A program made the position numbers and the translations under genes. The notes below the pieces were generated by a model. It ran no database searches. It was not told where the DNA came from and saw only the letters and a program-made list of their open reading frames with translations. Source: Cyanophora paradoxa CCMP329 (lineage: Eukaryota > Plantae > Glaucophyta). From it: 64,000 bases of DNA. Shown piece after piece: positions 1 through 13,090 of the stretch; the first letter of the stretch is position 1; each line of letters begins with the position of its first letter. The DNA lies in contig QPMI01000572.1 in the NCBI GenBank assembly GCA_004431415.1, forward strand, positions 1 to 64,000, written 5' to 3'.

Positions 1-562
1 AGTGCGACGAAGATGAGGTACAGGAGCAGCTCGCTGCGTGTCGTAATGGGCGCGGGTTTCAAAATCGCGGCGCTGCGACCGTACGCACCGGTACAGCTGC
101 ATCGCCTGAAGCGTCTTCTTCTGCACGCGAAGATAGATCTCCGCGCGCCTGCGTAACGCAGGCCCAGTTGGCGCCGACTTGGCGGGCGAGTGAAGGGCGA
201 CGTTCGCACCTTACGTTGAGCTTGGCGGTCGAGAAGCGGTCGGTGATCGCCCACTTCAGGTTCTGGTACTCTCTCGTGTCGCTCGGGTCCGCGCTCCCGC
301 GCCGCCCGCGGGTGGCGAAACCCATCTGGACGAGCTCCGTCAACCCCAGCGACTGGGACTTGAGCAGCGGCTGGCCAGCACGCTCCGCGGCCGTCGGTTG
401 CGAGGGATAGGCATCGTACGGAGACGACGAGGCGGGTCGATACTCGACCGGAGCGCTGTATTGCGCAGGATAAAAGGAGCTGTACTGCGAAGGCTGCTGG
501 CTCGTCGTACGACCAGCGCCGGAGGACCGGCGCGAGTCGCCGGCGCCTGGAGCTGACCACAT
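1..562 (-). CDS. 5' end of a membrane protein, possibly a polycystin-2/TRPP-like channel (continues beyond window start)
   Basis: Likely ATG at 562 (MWSAPGAG...). The exon ends near 210 at ag|gtgcg. The next exon follows cacgcag (~33) and reads ELLLYLIFVA, resembling the first TM helix of PKD2-type channels. The family call rests on this one short segment. Confidence 0.4.
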
Positions 563-1004
563 TCGGAAACGCTGGCTGGCTTCCAGACAGTCGCTCAGTA
601 CCCCCCCGTCGCTCAGGTCGATTCGCGCCGCGTCCGCGAACACGCGTACGAGATTTCAGCTTCCCAGCGACCGGCCGACTCGTGTTACAGTCTCTGGCAC
701 GCCCTGCTAAGCGGTCGGCACCGCCTGGAGGCCCTGGACCTACACAGCACGCGTGAGATTCAGCAGCTGCCGCCAACCGGGCGAAAGCGAAGCCCAGCAG
801 AATCGACCAGCGCTCTCAGTCGCCTCTGCGATCCTGTTGATCGCTCCTGATTGATAAAGCACGCTGATTTCAGCCCGCCCATCTCACATGAGCCCGAACA
901 CCAGCGCTACCTAGCTATAGCAGGGTTTCTGGAGCCGTCCGAGGACGCCGGAGCGACTCGCCGGTACGGGCCTCTGCAGGACGTTATCTAGCGCGCTGAG
1001 TGCG

Positions 1005-4000
1005 ATGGATCGCGCCGCCTTCGTCCTCTTCGTGCTTCTGGCTTCGTTCGCGTCAGGTCCGTCAAGCTTAAGCGTGCCCGCCCAGATACGTAACCGCCGG
1101 CTCACGGGCCCTCGCGACGGTAGGATCCGCTCAGACGGCGGCCTACTACAACGTTGCGCTCCGCGGACTGCCGGCCGCGGGCGGCTGGCGGGACGCCCCG
1201 GCCTCGCCGGCGTGCCTCGCCCTGGGGCTCCCCCCGGGCGTGCCCGCCGCCTCTGCGCTCGCCGCCGGAGACGTGCTGGAGGTCTCGTGGTGGCGCGGCG
1301 ACGGCGACGCGTCCGCCGTCGACGTCGAGCTCTCCGTGGGCGGGTACACCCGCCCGTACGTCAACCTGCCCTCCCCCGGCGGCCGCGGCGCCCTCAACTG
1401 TACCCTGGAGTTCCGGTACATCCGCATTTCGGCCCTCGTACTTCCCCGCCTCATCGCCCACCCTCCCCCAGGCTCCCCGCGGGGTACATCACGGTCACCG
1501 TTACGTCACGGAATCGCGGGGCGACGGGCCGCTCCCCCGAGCCGCGGCCGTACCTTCGTACCCCCGAGTACGCGGTCTCGGTGTCCGCCTCGCAGAGCTC
1601 CGTCGACGTGTGCGCCTCGCGGGGCCCGGCGGGGTTCTACTCAATCGCCCTCTACGCCGACGAGGCCCTCTCGGGGCGGGCGGGGGCGTACCCCCCCTTC
1701 ATGGTGGCCCGGGCGGCCCCGGGCCCGCCCTTCCAGGCCGCCGGGTCGCCCGCCGGGTGCCCCTGCGGGGGCGCGACGAAGCCCCTCGCCCTCCCCGCCT
1801 CGGCCCCCTCGGGCTTCTACCGGTGCGCTTTCTTTCCTCCCGGCGATCCCGTACCCCCCTGTGCCTCTGACTTCGCCCCCCTTCCAGAGCGATCGCGTAC
1901 GCGACGGACGCGGCGGGGTACGGTCTCGTCGAGTTCTTTGACCCGAGCCTCCCGGACCCGAAGTCCTACTACGCGGAGTCGAAGCTCTTCTTCTTCGAGG
2001 GCTTCGACTTCGTGCCCCAGCCGACGCCCCTCCCCGGCGACCGCGAGCCCCAGCAGACGCCCCGTGCGCCCGCTGCTGCCGTCGCCACCCGATCTGATCT
2101 GATGTATGATCTGAGCAGCGCTCTTCCCGTCGAACGACACGGCGCCGACGGAGGAGGGCCCCGTCGACGGCCCCGCGACCAACGGCACGACCACGACCAC
2201 GACGCCGGCGCCGGCGCCCGCCCCGACGCCGACGCCCGCCAACGCGTCGGCGGCGGCCGGCCGGCAGGAGGCCGGCGCCGCCCCGAAGCAGGCGCCCCGC
2301 GCCGAGGAGGAGCGCATCCTCTGGTGGCAGGTCGCCCTCTGGGCCCTCGGCGGCATCATCCTCGCCCTGCTCCTCGGCTTCGCGCTCTTCGTGCGTGCCC
2401 CCTCCCGCCCCGTTCCAGCCGCTTGTTTTCTGCAACCTCGTGATCCCGTACCCGGCAGGTCTCCCTCAAGAAGAGGAAGCGGCGGCCCGCGGGCGTCGAC
2501 AAGACGGTACCCGTCGGCACGCCGGTCGTGGAGCTGCAGGAAGGGACGCCCGCCCCGGCGCAGCCCGTGGCGCCCGCCCCGCCCCCTCCCCCGGCGCCCG
2601 CCCCGCCCCCTCCCGAGCCGCCCCTTCCATCCAGCGTACCCTCCTCGGAGCCGCCCCTCCCCCCGCGCCGCGCCGCGATCCTCGAGGAGGTTCGCAGCCC
2701 CTTCACGGCGGCCCCTACACCCCCTTCGGCTGACTCTCCTTCAGACCCTCCCCCCCGCCCCCGCCATGTACCCCATCCTGTACAGCCCGCCCTCGGTAGG
2801 ACTCTCTTGACCCCCCGCCCCCCCGAACCCGATGCTGATCCGGTACCCCCCTCGCTGTTCAGTGGCGGCCCACCGGCCCGACGGGCTTCGTTTACGCGCG
2901 CATCGCGTGCCCCGAGTGGCCCTCAGACGTCGACGAGTTCCTCCGGTGCGCCGTACCCCCCTCGAATTCACCCCCCCCCCTCCTAAGGCGCGGGCAGGTG
3001 GGACCTGCCGGCGCGGGTGGCGATTGCGTCGAGCTCGAGCGGGCCCGGGCAGGGGCAGGGCCGGCGGGGGCGGGGCGGCGGCCCGCCCCCGCTGGAGGGC
3101 GTGGCGAGCGTCTGCTCGCTCGCCTCCGAGGCCCTCCTCACCGTCCCCGCCGGCCCCAAGCGCCTCGCCCTCGAGGTGACCGTTCATCCGGCCCTCGAGG
3201 CGGGCTCGAGTCCGCGCGGGGCCCTTCAGCTCAGCTCGGGGCGGGGCAGGTGGCGGGGTGCGTGGTGGCGTGGGCGGCGGCCGAGGTCCAGGCCGACCAG
3301 GCCCAGTTCTGCTACGTTGAGCTCAAGACGGTACCCCCCTCCCGCGTCCCCCCCCCCGTCCGCCGAGCGCCTCCGGCTGACGTCGAGGGGCCGGAAGATC
3401 TCGGTCGGGGTGTCGCTGGGCGGCACGGGGGGCTGGCGGGTGCCCCCAGGGGCGCCCCTGGAGGCCCGCCTGCTCGCCCGGCCCCGGGGCGACTCCGGCC
3501 CCTTCCGCCCCGTCCAGCGGCCCCCGGAGCCCGGCGGCAAGGGCGCGAAGCGGGAGCGGCGCACGCTGAAGAAGATGCTGTTCGGGGGGAGGAGGAAGGA
3601 GGCCGGGGAGGAGGAGGCGGGGGGCACGGCCGCTTCGGCGCTGGAGGCGGGGCCGGCGCCGCGGCCCTTCGGCCCGGACTGGACCCCCTACGACACCGTC
3701 CTCGGCGCCGCCACCTTCGACGTGCGCGCCCCGGGCCCTGCCCCGCCCCGCCTTTCCGGCCCGCTGCTGATTCGATCCGGGCGCGGGTTCAGGTCCCCGC
3801 GGAGACGTTCTTCCGCTCGGACTTGGCCGCCGAGTTCCGCGTGCGCGCGCGGGGCACCGGATCCGGGGGCCAGCGGGGGCACGAGGGGGCGGCGCTGGGC
3901 CCGCTGGCGCTCCCCGGCCCGCCCCGCCCCTTCTCCATCGCCCCCCTCGAGCTCCCCGCGCCCGACGCCGCCGCCCTCGCAGCCCGCCTCCCGCCCCCGC

Positions 4001-4188
4001 CCCCGCCGCAGCCGGGCCCCGCCGGCGCCGCGTTGGAGGCGCCAGCGCCAGCCGCAGCCCCGAGCGCGGGCCCGGGGCCGGGGCCCGGGGCGGGGCCGGG
4101 GCCGCGGGTGTGGGACTCGGACGACGAGGACGCGCCGCCGCCCGTCGCCGGCGTCGTCCTCGGCGACGTCCGCATCGCCATGCCCTAG
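1005..4188 (+). CDS. Multi-exon single-pass type I membrane protein with signal peptide, Pro/Thr/Ala stalk and cytoplasmic domain; function unknown
   Basis: Signal peptide MDRAAFVLFVLLASFAS. TM segment ILWWQVALWALGGIILALLLGFALF (~2316-2390) is followed after an intron by the basic stop-transfer SLKKRKRR. Coding-like exons continue to GDVRIAMP* at 4188. Could be two genes. Confidence 0.55.
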
Positions 4189-4595
4189 CTATATATAGCT
4201 TCGTGATCGTGATCACGATTAGGCCCACGACTGGGCAACGCTAGCGAGCTATAGCGGCGTAGCGCTGCAGCTGGCCCCCACCCGCGAGTGATGCTTTTGG
4301 ATTTCGCGTGTACACACTGAGCTATATATTCCAACAGACCACGAGAACAAAGCCGATAAGCGTAAGCGAAAACTGGACAAGGAAGCTAAACTCAAGCACG
4401 ATATCGATCATTCAAAGTTCCATCCTTACTTAGATAGCTGAAACTGGCAAACCCAGAGAGAACCTACTTTGATGTCGAACCTACGGAATGCAAACAAAAC
4501 TACGAATCGAAGCGCGGGGGGCGCTGTACAAAATGAGCAAAGAGTACAAGTACAACTCGAGAGGAGACGAGGGGCCGAGGGCGCCCGGGAGCGCT

Positions 4596-5707
4596 CTAGG
4601 CGCAGGGGTGGACGAGGGCGTGGACGGTCGCAAAGAGGGCGGAGAGGAACTCGAGCTGGCGCTCGCGCGGGACGACGGAGAAGGGCGGGACGTGCACGAA
4701 GAGCGCGTGCACGGGCGCCCGCTCGCGCCTCGCCAGCTCCAGCGACTTGTAGCTGTGCGGCGCGCACGTTAGCGGCGCAGGTGCGCCCCCCATCGAATCT
4801 GCGCACTACACGTAGTTGCACACGAAGCGGCCGGGATCGTGCGAGATTTCCACGTGGAAACCCTGAGCCGCCAGCCTGCGCGACGTCCTTAGCAGTGCGC
4901 GAAACCCGCGGCGCGAGGCGAGGAGCGGGGCGCGCCTGTCCTTCAGCCTGTGGATGGGCAGCGTCGTGATGAGGGAGTGGTCGAGTCCGCGATCGCCCTC
5001 CGTCACGATCAGCTGCTTCACGGGCTGGAACCCGCGCTCGTCGGGGCAGCGGAATGTCGCCTCGTTCCATGCCATCGATTCCAGCTTAAAGTGCGTCGTC
5101 CGCCCGTCGAGCCCCTGTAGGGCGTCGGGGGGCGGAAATTCAACGCTAGGCGATGGCATGCGCTCACCAGGTGCACCACAACCTGCTGGCAGGCGGAGGC
5201 CGGGCAGCCGGGCACATGCTCGCTGGCTCCGAAGAACCCGTGCCCCGACTCCTCCTTACCGTCGCAAGCGCAACGCAGCTTGCACCTGGTGTTCGCGCAT
5301 CGCACGTACTGCGGAACGTACGCGTGCAGCGCGCCTCGTCATGAACAGGCAAGGACGGCCATGCAGAGCAACGCACCAGATTCCCGAGGCCGTCCCCCGC
5401 CCCCTGCGTGGAGGTCTCAAACACTTCGCAGGAGTCGAGAATGCAGCCCTCCTGCCCAGGCACGGCGGGGTGAGATCGGCGCCCCACGGGTCAGATCGGG
5501 TCCCGGCCTCCCAGGCGCACGGGCAGCTTCAGCGACGTGGACAAGGACATGCAACCGATCAGGTCCGACGTCGGATTGTTCTCGACGCCCTGGAAGCGCC
5601 CGAACCCTGCGAGTCCGGGGGTGAGTCCAGGCTTCCAGCGACGATCGCTGTGCAGACGTGCCGGTTACATTAAGGAGGGTCGTGCCATCGTGCCCCAAAG
5701 AGCCCAT
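4596..5707 (-). CDS. pcp: Pyroglutamyl peptidase I (pyrrolidone-carboxylate peptidase, C15), multi-exon
   Basis: Spliced motifs NVTGFGRFQGVENNPT, FKLESMAWNEATFRCPDERG (catalytic Glu), SHDPGRFVCNYV (catalytic Cys) and ALFVHVPPF (catalytic His); stop at 4596. Confidence 0.92.
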
Positions 5708-5817
5708 GGCTGCTGATGGGCGCCGTCGTAGAAAATTTCAGGTCCGCTTCCGATCACTTGTGCCTGTGCGGTAAACCAAGGCTGTACCCGGCAAATTCGT
5801 CAATTTCCGGTGAAAAG

Positions 5818-7723
5818 ATGGCCAGCGCGGCTTCGGCGATGGACATCGAGGACTTAGGGTCGGCGGCGAAGGCAGCCGCGAATGCCGCGACCCCTGCGCC
5901 TCCGCGAGCCAGCGCGCCCCCCGCGGTCGGAGGTTCCAGCTCACAGCCCGTCGGCGCCGGCAATCCCTTGCTCACGGTTGGAAGAATTCACTCCATGGAG
6001 TCGCTTTCAACAGTTGATGGACCGTGCGCGCGCTCTTTCCGACGAGATTCGCGCAATACCTCATGGACCCGGATTCCCTCCCGACGCCGCTTCCGACTCG
6101 ATTCCGGGCCTCGTCATTGCGCCTCGAGATCATTCCTGCGCTAAATGGGCGATCCTATGCTAGGAAGCCGCTCCGCGAGGCCTCCCCTAGAAACCGCGCT
6201 TTCCACGTTCATCCATTGAAGACTCACGCCTTCGCGGGCGTGCGCATGCAGGGGAAACCGCTTCATGGTCTTCCTGCAGGGCTGCAGACTACGTTGCATC
6301 TACTGCCAGGCCCGCGCGAAGCCCGATCTCGAAGAGTTTTTTCAATTCACAGCCTACCGCAGAATCCGGACTCGTGGAACGCGTCTAGCTGCGCCGGGAA
6401 GAAGATGACTGTCGAAGAAATCATCGCGAAGGTGAAGCGCTGCCTTCCGTACCTGCGCCCGAACCGAGGCGGCATCACCGTGTCCGGCGGCGACCCGATG
6501 CTGTGCGCGCGCGAGCGAGCTCCTGCGCGCCGCCCCGCGTCCCTCTGACTCCCGCGCGAACAGCCAGCCGGAGTTCGTGCGGGATCTCTTCACCGAGATC
6601 AAGAAGCTGGGTCCGCCGCGAGCGCCCCGAGCGCACCCCGCCTTCCGAATCCCGCTCCCTCGCAGCGCTGACGCCTCTCGTGCCCGTGCTGCAGGCGTTA
6701 CGACGTGCCTCGACACGTCGGTGAGTGGGTCGCCTATTCAGCGAGTGGGCTCGAGGGGTACCGTCTTCCGATCTGGGCCCCTCCATAGCTCTTGCCCCTG
6801 CGGCCCCTCCGATTGGGCCCGCCCGCCCTCCTTCGCGTCTGCTCGCTGACGTGGTTCCCGCTCTCCTGGCTCGTAGGGCATCGGCACTTCGAAAGGTTCG
6901 CCCGCCCCTCGAGCGCCCGCTTCCGCCCCTTCTTAGACCCTCGTCCCGTGCAGACGCCTGGAATCACGTACTCCCCGTCTGCGGTGCGCCCCGCCGCCCT
7001 GCCCGCCCGTCTCGCCCGTCACGCCCGCCCTGCCCTGCAGACCTCGTCATGTACTGCCCCAAGGCCTTCAACGTACCTCTTTCCCCTCCCCCGCGTACCC
7101 CTTTCGCCGCCAAGTGAGGCGCCCTTTCGCAGCCGGAGACCTTCCGAAAGGTGACCCGGACGGACGCGAGGGTAGCGACCACGTCCGCTGAGTTCGCAGA
7201 GGAGGTTCGCGTACCCCCGCGCCTTCGAATTCCGTATCCCTGCTCAGCGGCTGAACCTGCTCCCCGCAGATGATGAAGCGGAACGTGCCCATGCAGGTCC
7301 GCTACGTCATCCTCAGGTTCGCGCCTCGTACCCCCACAGTGCCGCGGCCACGCGTACCCCCTTCCGACGCGTCGGGGTACAGGGACCACACGGACACGGA
7401 GGAGGAGGTCGAGCACATGGTCCAGTTCTGCAAGAAGCACCGGTACCCCGGGCCGCGCGCGCCTCCGATCCGGGGTCGACGCCGCCCCCGCAGGTCCCAC
7501 CTCGCGGCCATCGAGATCCTGCCCTACCACACCCTCGGCGTGAACAAGTACAAGGGTACGCGCCCCCCCCCCCCGCTCCCCCCCCCCCCCCCAGGCACGC
7601 GCCGACGTACCCCCAGTGCTGGGGATCCCGTACTCGGACGCGCTGGAGGTGCCCCCGAAGGAGAAGATCCAGGCCATCGTGCAGCGGCTCAAGGCCGAGG
7701 GCTTCCCCGTCCTCGTCCCCTAA
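5818..7723 (+). CDS. pflA: Pyruvate formate-lyase activating enzyme (glycyl-radical activase, radical SAM), ~13 exons
   Basis: GRIHSMESLSTVDGP|GNRFMVFLQGCRLRCIYCQ|NPDSW carries the CX3CX2C cluster motif (~6283-6306). Also GGITVSGGDPML|QPEF, TCLDTS and IEILPYHTLG. Ends GFPVLVP-TAA at 7723. Confidence 0.95.
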
Positions 7724-8429
7724 TCACGCCCACTCCGCCTCGGCGGCCAGTTAGCTATAGCTCTCGAGTCTCTCTATGCATCTTTCTCCCAGGCTCGTTC
7801 CACGGCTCCTTTCAAGCTCGACGTATACCGGTAGCCACGTGCACACAGGTAGCGATAGCTATATAGTTTCACCTAATGCCCGTATGATCAGGATTTCCCG
7901 TATTTGTGTTCTCGTGTCTTTACGCGAAACTGATATTTATACGTACACAGTAACGATTATACGTATCGTACAGAAACAGAATACTACAATAAGTTCTTAT
8001 ACTTAATATACACGGTGAAACACTCAAATAAGTGTCGCAAAAGCCTGGCTGGCTGGCTGAGCCCTACCATAGTACAGGGATGAGCTGCTATATGCGATCG
8101 AGGGTTCTGGGCTCCCCTAACAGAGCCAAGGAGCCCCGAGGGCACTGCGGCAACGCTGCACTGCTGGCTACAGCTACGGCGCTACCCTGGCGCGTGCCGC
8201 GAGACATAACAAGTATCGTAAGAATCGAACAGCTGCTGAAAGCGACCGACCGTGCGCTTCCTGATCAAATGCACGCAAACTACCTTCCACACTGTGACAA
8301 TAAATTACAGGGGGTCATAAGGGAAAACAAACGAAAATGCAAAATATCTTAGTATCCGTAATACAACTCTCACTCCGACTCGACTAGCCTTAAGCTTGTA
8401 ACCCTAGTGTCGCGAGCAAGAAGGCTTAT

Positions 8430-8479
8430 CTAGCCTAGTAGCCTAGCCTAGGGGCGCCTCGACTAGCCTAGGGGCGCCT
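8430..8479. repeat. Short tandem repeats (CTAGC units and two copies of CTAGCCTAGGGGCGCCT) in a convergent intergenic spacer
   Basis: ctagcctagtagcctagcctaggggcgcctcgactagcctaggggcgcct read directly. Confidence 0.7.
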
Positions 8480-8520
8480 GATCATTGAGCCCGCAGAGGA
8501 AATTGAACCCGGGAAGCGGA

Positions 8521-10395
8521 TCAGCAGCGGGCGAAGGCGGCGACGGAGCAGCCGAGGACCTCCTCGAGGCGGCGCACGTTGTTCTCGAAGCGGGTCTGAG
8601 GGGCGGGGCGGGGCGGTGCGGTCAGCGCGGGGCGGGGGTGGGCGGGAGCCGCTGAGCGGGCGCGGGGAGGGGGCGGCACCTGCTCGTTGGGGCTCAAGTA
8701 CGCGACCAGGCCCGGGGCGACGGCGGGGACGCCGCCGGCCACCGTGGCGCCCCCCGGGAGGCCCTTGCTCGACGCCTGCGGATGCGCACCCGCGGCGTCG
8801 GCACGGGGCGCGGCGCGGGGGGCGTCGGGCGGGGCGGGGCGGGGCGCCCGCTGACCTCGGCCTCCGGGGGCGGCATCTCGGCGGCGAGGTGCAGCTCCCC
8901 CGTCTCCGGGTCGTGGTACGCCAGCCGCCGCCCCTCGAAGGGCCGGTCGTGGTACTCGATCCCGTACGTCGAGGGGTTCACTGCCGGCCGGGGCGGGCGG
9001 CGCGCCGTCGACGTCAGAGGCGGCTTCGGCGCCCCCGAATTCGATCCGCGCACCGAAGGCCTGGCGGATGAAGACGGCGTCGCCGGCGGCGCTGCGGACG
9101 TAGAATGGCGTGAAGCGGTGCACGTGGACGCTGTGCATCAGCCGCGCGAAGCCGCGCGCCATCTCCTCCGAGCGCTCGCGCGACCGCTTCCGCTGCGGGG
9201 TACCGCGATCAGGCGAGGGGAGTGCGGGGTACGGCGGTGCGGGGAGGGGAGGGGTACGGCCGGACCTGCTCGACGGTGTAGACGCCGCTGCACGGGGACG
9301 CGGCGGAGACCTCGAAGCGCATCGCGAGCCTGTCGCCCTTCCTGCGCGGGCGCCGGCGTTGGGAACGGGCCTTGCGCGGCGGCGGGCCCCGGCCCAGTCC
9401 GCGAGGCTCACTTTCCGGTCCACGAGATGCTCTCGTTCTGCGTGCGGGGAGTCGGCGCCGGCAGGAGGCGGGGCGGGGAGAAGGCAGAAGAAGACTGACC
9501 GACACGTTGACGAGATCCACTGCGGCCAGCTGCAAAAACTGCAGCGGTCGAGAGCCCAAGTCAGGGACGATCGCGAGGCCGGCGCGCGCTCCCCGAGACG
9601 GCCGAACGGACCTCGACGAAGTCGTTAAAGAAGCGGTGGTCGACCGAGGGCGTGACCACGAGGACGCTGCATTCGCGAGTGAGCGTCGATGCGCGGCAGC
9701 GGAGAAGGCGGAACGGGGCGCCGCACCGCTTCGAGGTGATCCAGAGATCGCCCGTAACTTCGAAAGACCCGCCGGCCTTCAGTCCCTTCTTGTCCCCGTC
9801 GGCGTGTCCCAGCGGCTGGCGAGTTATGGTCACTTTCGGGATGCACAGGGGATCCCGTTCACGAGGGATGATCCGGTACGGCAACGCTGCGCGGCGGCCG
9901 GCAGAGATCAAAACCAGATAATGGCGATCCGGCGCGGAACCGCCGCGGCGGCTCACCTCCGCTTTGAAGCGCCGCGGCGGAAACACGGTGTATGGACGCC
10001 TGGTAGGGGAGAGCTCGCTGCAGGGCTGATCTGGACGAATCCATGTCGCTGCTGGCGCTGCTCCGAGTGCTTCCGAGGGACATGCTTCCGCGGCCACTCG
10101 ACGCGCCGGAGATGGAGGATTCCGAGCTTCCATCGCGGGAGCCGCCGGCGCTTGAGCTCGGGCTGCGAAGATAGGGCCCCTCGATCCCTTCGTCCTCGAG
10201 CTCCGAACCCAGGCCGGCCGAACCCATCCGCAGCCTCTCGAACGTCATTGAGGTCGACTGGAGATCAGAACCGCTTGCCGGAGACGACGGCGTCGGGCTG
10301 ACCACGCCACGGCGGAGTTCATAATCATGCGGCTGATCATGCGCCGAGGACCGGGAACGCGACTGCGCCCTGAGGCGCACGAGTCTGTTGAGCAT
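8521..10395 (-). CDS. Hypothetical multi-exon protein
   Basis: Coding-biased exon pieces (ECSVLVVTPSVDHRFFNDFVE, EMARGFARLMHSVHVHRFTPFYVR, YGIEYHDRPFEGRRLAYHDPETGELHL, TRFENNVRRLEEVLGC*) separated by intron-like C-rich tracts; start uncertain. Confidence 0.55.
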
Positions 10396-10825
10396 ATCTA
10401 AGCCGACGAAGCCACCGAAGTTCGCCGCGAAGGTCGAGCTGGCCGAAGTCCGAAGCGATATCGATGGCCGTTTCTAAATGATTAGGGTCGCCCGGCGCTG
10501 CGTTTCCGTGGAACCCGCTAAACTACGCCGAACAGCTGCTGCAAGCTGTCTGGCAGCAGCCGAGTGCGCCCGACGGCCGGTCTCTTCAGAATCGAAGCGG
10601 TGCTTTGCTTGCCCTAGGACCTGACAAGGGGTACGCCTTCATTCAGCTGATCACCCGAACCCGCTGCGGCCGGCTGTTACCGCCGCCCAGGCAGCTGCAG
10701 CACGAGCGCAACGTACCAGCGCTGTCGCTGAAGTCCCGACCCGAGGAGTGGCACTCACCTTCCGAACAGTATCGAGGGCGGCCGGCCCTTCACCCGGGCC
10801 GGCATCGCGCGAGCGGGTGATATCG

Positions 10826-11799
10826 ATGATCCAAGATGTACCGCCCCCACGCGCTGCAGGCGCCTCAGTTCACCAGCCTGCACATCGCCCTTGGCGCCGA
10901 CCGCCCGGGCGGACCCGCCTTCGTTCTAGCGCCGGAGCAGCGCGGTGCAATCAATCTACAAGCACCGCTTTGCAATAAACATCCCCTCACACTGCCTGGC
11001 TCGGCAGATGGACTGAAAGGCGCCCTGTCAAAGGATGAGGCGCAGGGGGGCGGGCGCGCCGACGGGCCCTTCGTTGTGACCTCGGTGGTGCGCTGTTGCA
11101 CGCTGCGCTGCAGATGTGCAGCGGAGCGCGCTGACCGCCCCGAAGCGCAATGGGAAGCCGCAGCAGGATGCCGTTGCGAAGCCGAGGTCACGGGAGGAGG
11201 CGGGGCCGCGGCCCACCACGCCTCCGCCGCCTCCCATCAGACGACCACAGGAGCAGGCGGCCGCGGAGCCGCCGGAGCGCGCGGCGCGCCCGCAGCCGCG
11301 ATCGACATCGCTTCGGGGTCGCCTGGAGGCGGGGACGGCGTCCTGGCGGCTGCGGCCGGTCGACCCGGGCCCGGGCTCTTCCCGAGACCCCACCCCCCGC
11401 GCGGCGCCGCCTCCCCGGCCGCCCGCCGGATTCCCCCCCTCCGCCCGCCGCGTCGCCGAGTCCCCGCGATCCCGCTCCCTGCCCCTCGAGCGTCCCGTCC
11501 CCGTCCCCGGGGGCGCCCCCCGGGGCCCGCCCGCCGGCGCCGCCTCCACGAACCTCGTTCTCCCGCCCATCGCCCCGCCGACGACGCCCAAGGCCCCGCC
11601 GTCGGCCTCCCCGGTCCCCCCCGAGTCCCTGAGCGCGCGCCAGCTGCGGTGGATCGCCAAGTCGATCGCCGGGCGCTCGCTCCTGGCCGACGGGCCGCCC
11701 TCGCGCCCCGAGACGCCCTCTACCCCCGAGACCCCCGAATCCTGGACCCCGCCCTTCCTCGCCCTCGTATCCTCCCCCTCCGCCTCGGACAGCTCGTAG
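10826..11799 (+). CDS. Hypothetical Pro/Ser-rich protein
   Basis: Last exon ~11165-11799 in the frame of ORF 11116..11799 (SLSARQLRWIAKSIAGRSLL...SASDSS*); 5' exons uncertain. Confidence 0.4.
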
Positions 11800-12041
11800 C
11801 CCCCGCCCGCGTGGCCTTTTTTCGTTCTTTTTCTTCAGGCGCATTGCAGTACTTAGGTATGTTATACCGTGTATTTCGCGTGTCGTATCCTCGATCGTTT
11901 TTCTTTGCTGTCATTTTCGAATTCGCAGTGTTTTTCATGTTGCCCTCCTCGCCCTTTTTTTCCCCTCAGCGCAGTGCAGGTGCAAATTACAGTTATGACA
12001 ATGCTATACAGAGACAATGCCGTCGACCCCTGCCAAAAGCT

Positions 12042-13090
12042 TCACTGGGCCTTTTGGGCCCGCTTCGCTCTTGCGGCCCGCGCCTCGGCGGCGGCGGCCG
12101 CCGCCGCCCGGGAGCCGCCGCTGCTGTCGTCCTCGGCCGTGGGCGGCTCGACCTTGAACAGGCCCGTGTCCGCTGCGACTTGCTGCGGCTCGCGGTCAGG
12201 GCTCGAGCGCGGGTGCGGGCGGCGCGCCTGCGGGCGGGGGGCGGGGGGCACCGAGAGGCGGCCCAGGACGGCCGAGGCCGCCCCGCGGGCCTCGAGCACC
12301 CTGTTCCTGAGGTTGCGAGAGCGCAGCGACGCGTGTGCCAGGCAGACTGCCACCGCGCGCCCGTCAGGGGCACGCGCGCGGCGCGGCGCGGCGCGGCGCG
12401 GCCGCACTGAGAGTGCCCGTGGCGAGCGCCTGCACGACGGGCGCGAAGAAGCGCGTCCCGGCGATCACGAGGGAAAAGTAGGCGCCGGCTGCGCGAGCCG
12501 GGTGCTTCGTTGGCGAGCGCGGGATCGATTTCTTGAGAGCCGCGGGCTGAGGTAGGCGCGCACCGACGAGGGCGACGGCGTGGACCGTCCCAATGTACGG
12601 TATGCTGACCTGCAGGGTGCTCCTCGACGCCTGCGCTTGCCGGGCGCGCGGGTCAGCAGCCGCGGCGGGCCTCGTGGCGCTTGCACACGCACCCCTCTCG
12701 ATCCGTCCTCGTCACGTCGGTGGACGATGCGGTTCGCAAGCATTGCAACGAGGAGGGCGATGATGACAAGCCCGATCACCGACGCGGGCTTTGAAAGGCT
12801 GCGCCAGCGAGTCGCACGACTGCAAAGCGAGCGCTGGCGAAGCGTACACGCTGAAGGCCACGAGGATGCCATAAATGAGGGCGTAGTTCCCTGCGTACGA
12901 GCGCGGTGAGCAGCGCGTGGAGCGCTGTGGCTGGAAACTACGCATGCCTGAATACAGGCTCAGGTTGCTCTGCACGCGCTCCACCCAGTGCTCTGGCGAC
13001 GAGAAGCGCTCAAAGAAGGCGCCCCAGGGCTGAGGCGACGTGATGAGCGGCCGAATTGCGCCCCATGTCTCCTCCCACTCGGCGGACATC
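12042..13090 (-). CDS. PRA1: PRA1 (prenylated Rab acceptor) family membrane protein
   Basis: PWGAFFERFSSP...WVERVQSNLSLYS|GNYALIY, hydrophobic segments and the C-terminal CLAHASLRSRN signature. Confidence 0.85.

Noticed and set aside
4596-7723. Bacterial contamination or a recently transferred operon (pcp + pflA)
   Set aside because: Both genes are full of spliceosomal introns of the host style and are divergently oriented; no functional link is evident.
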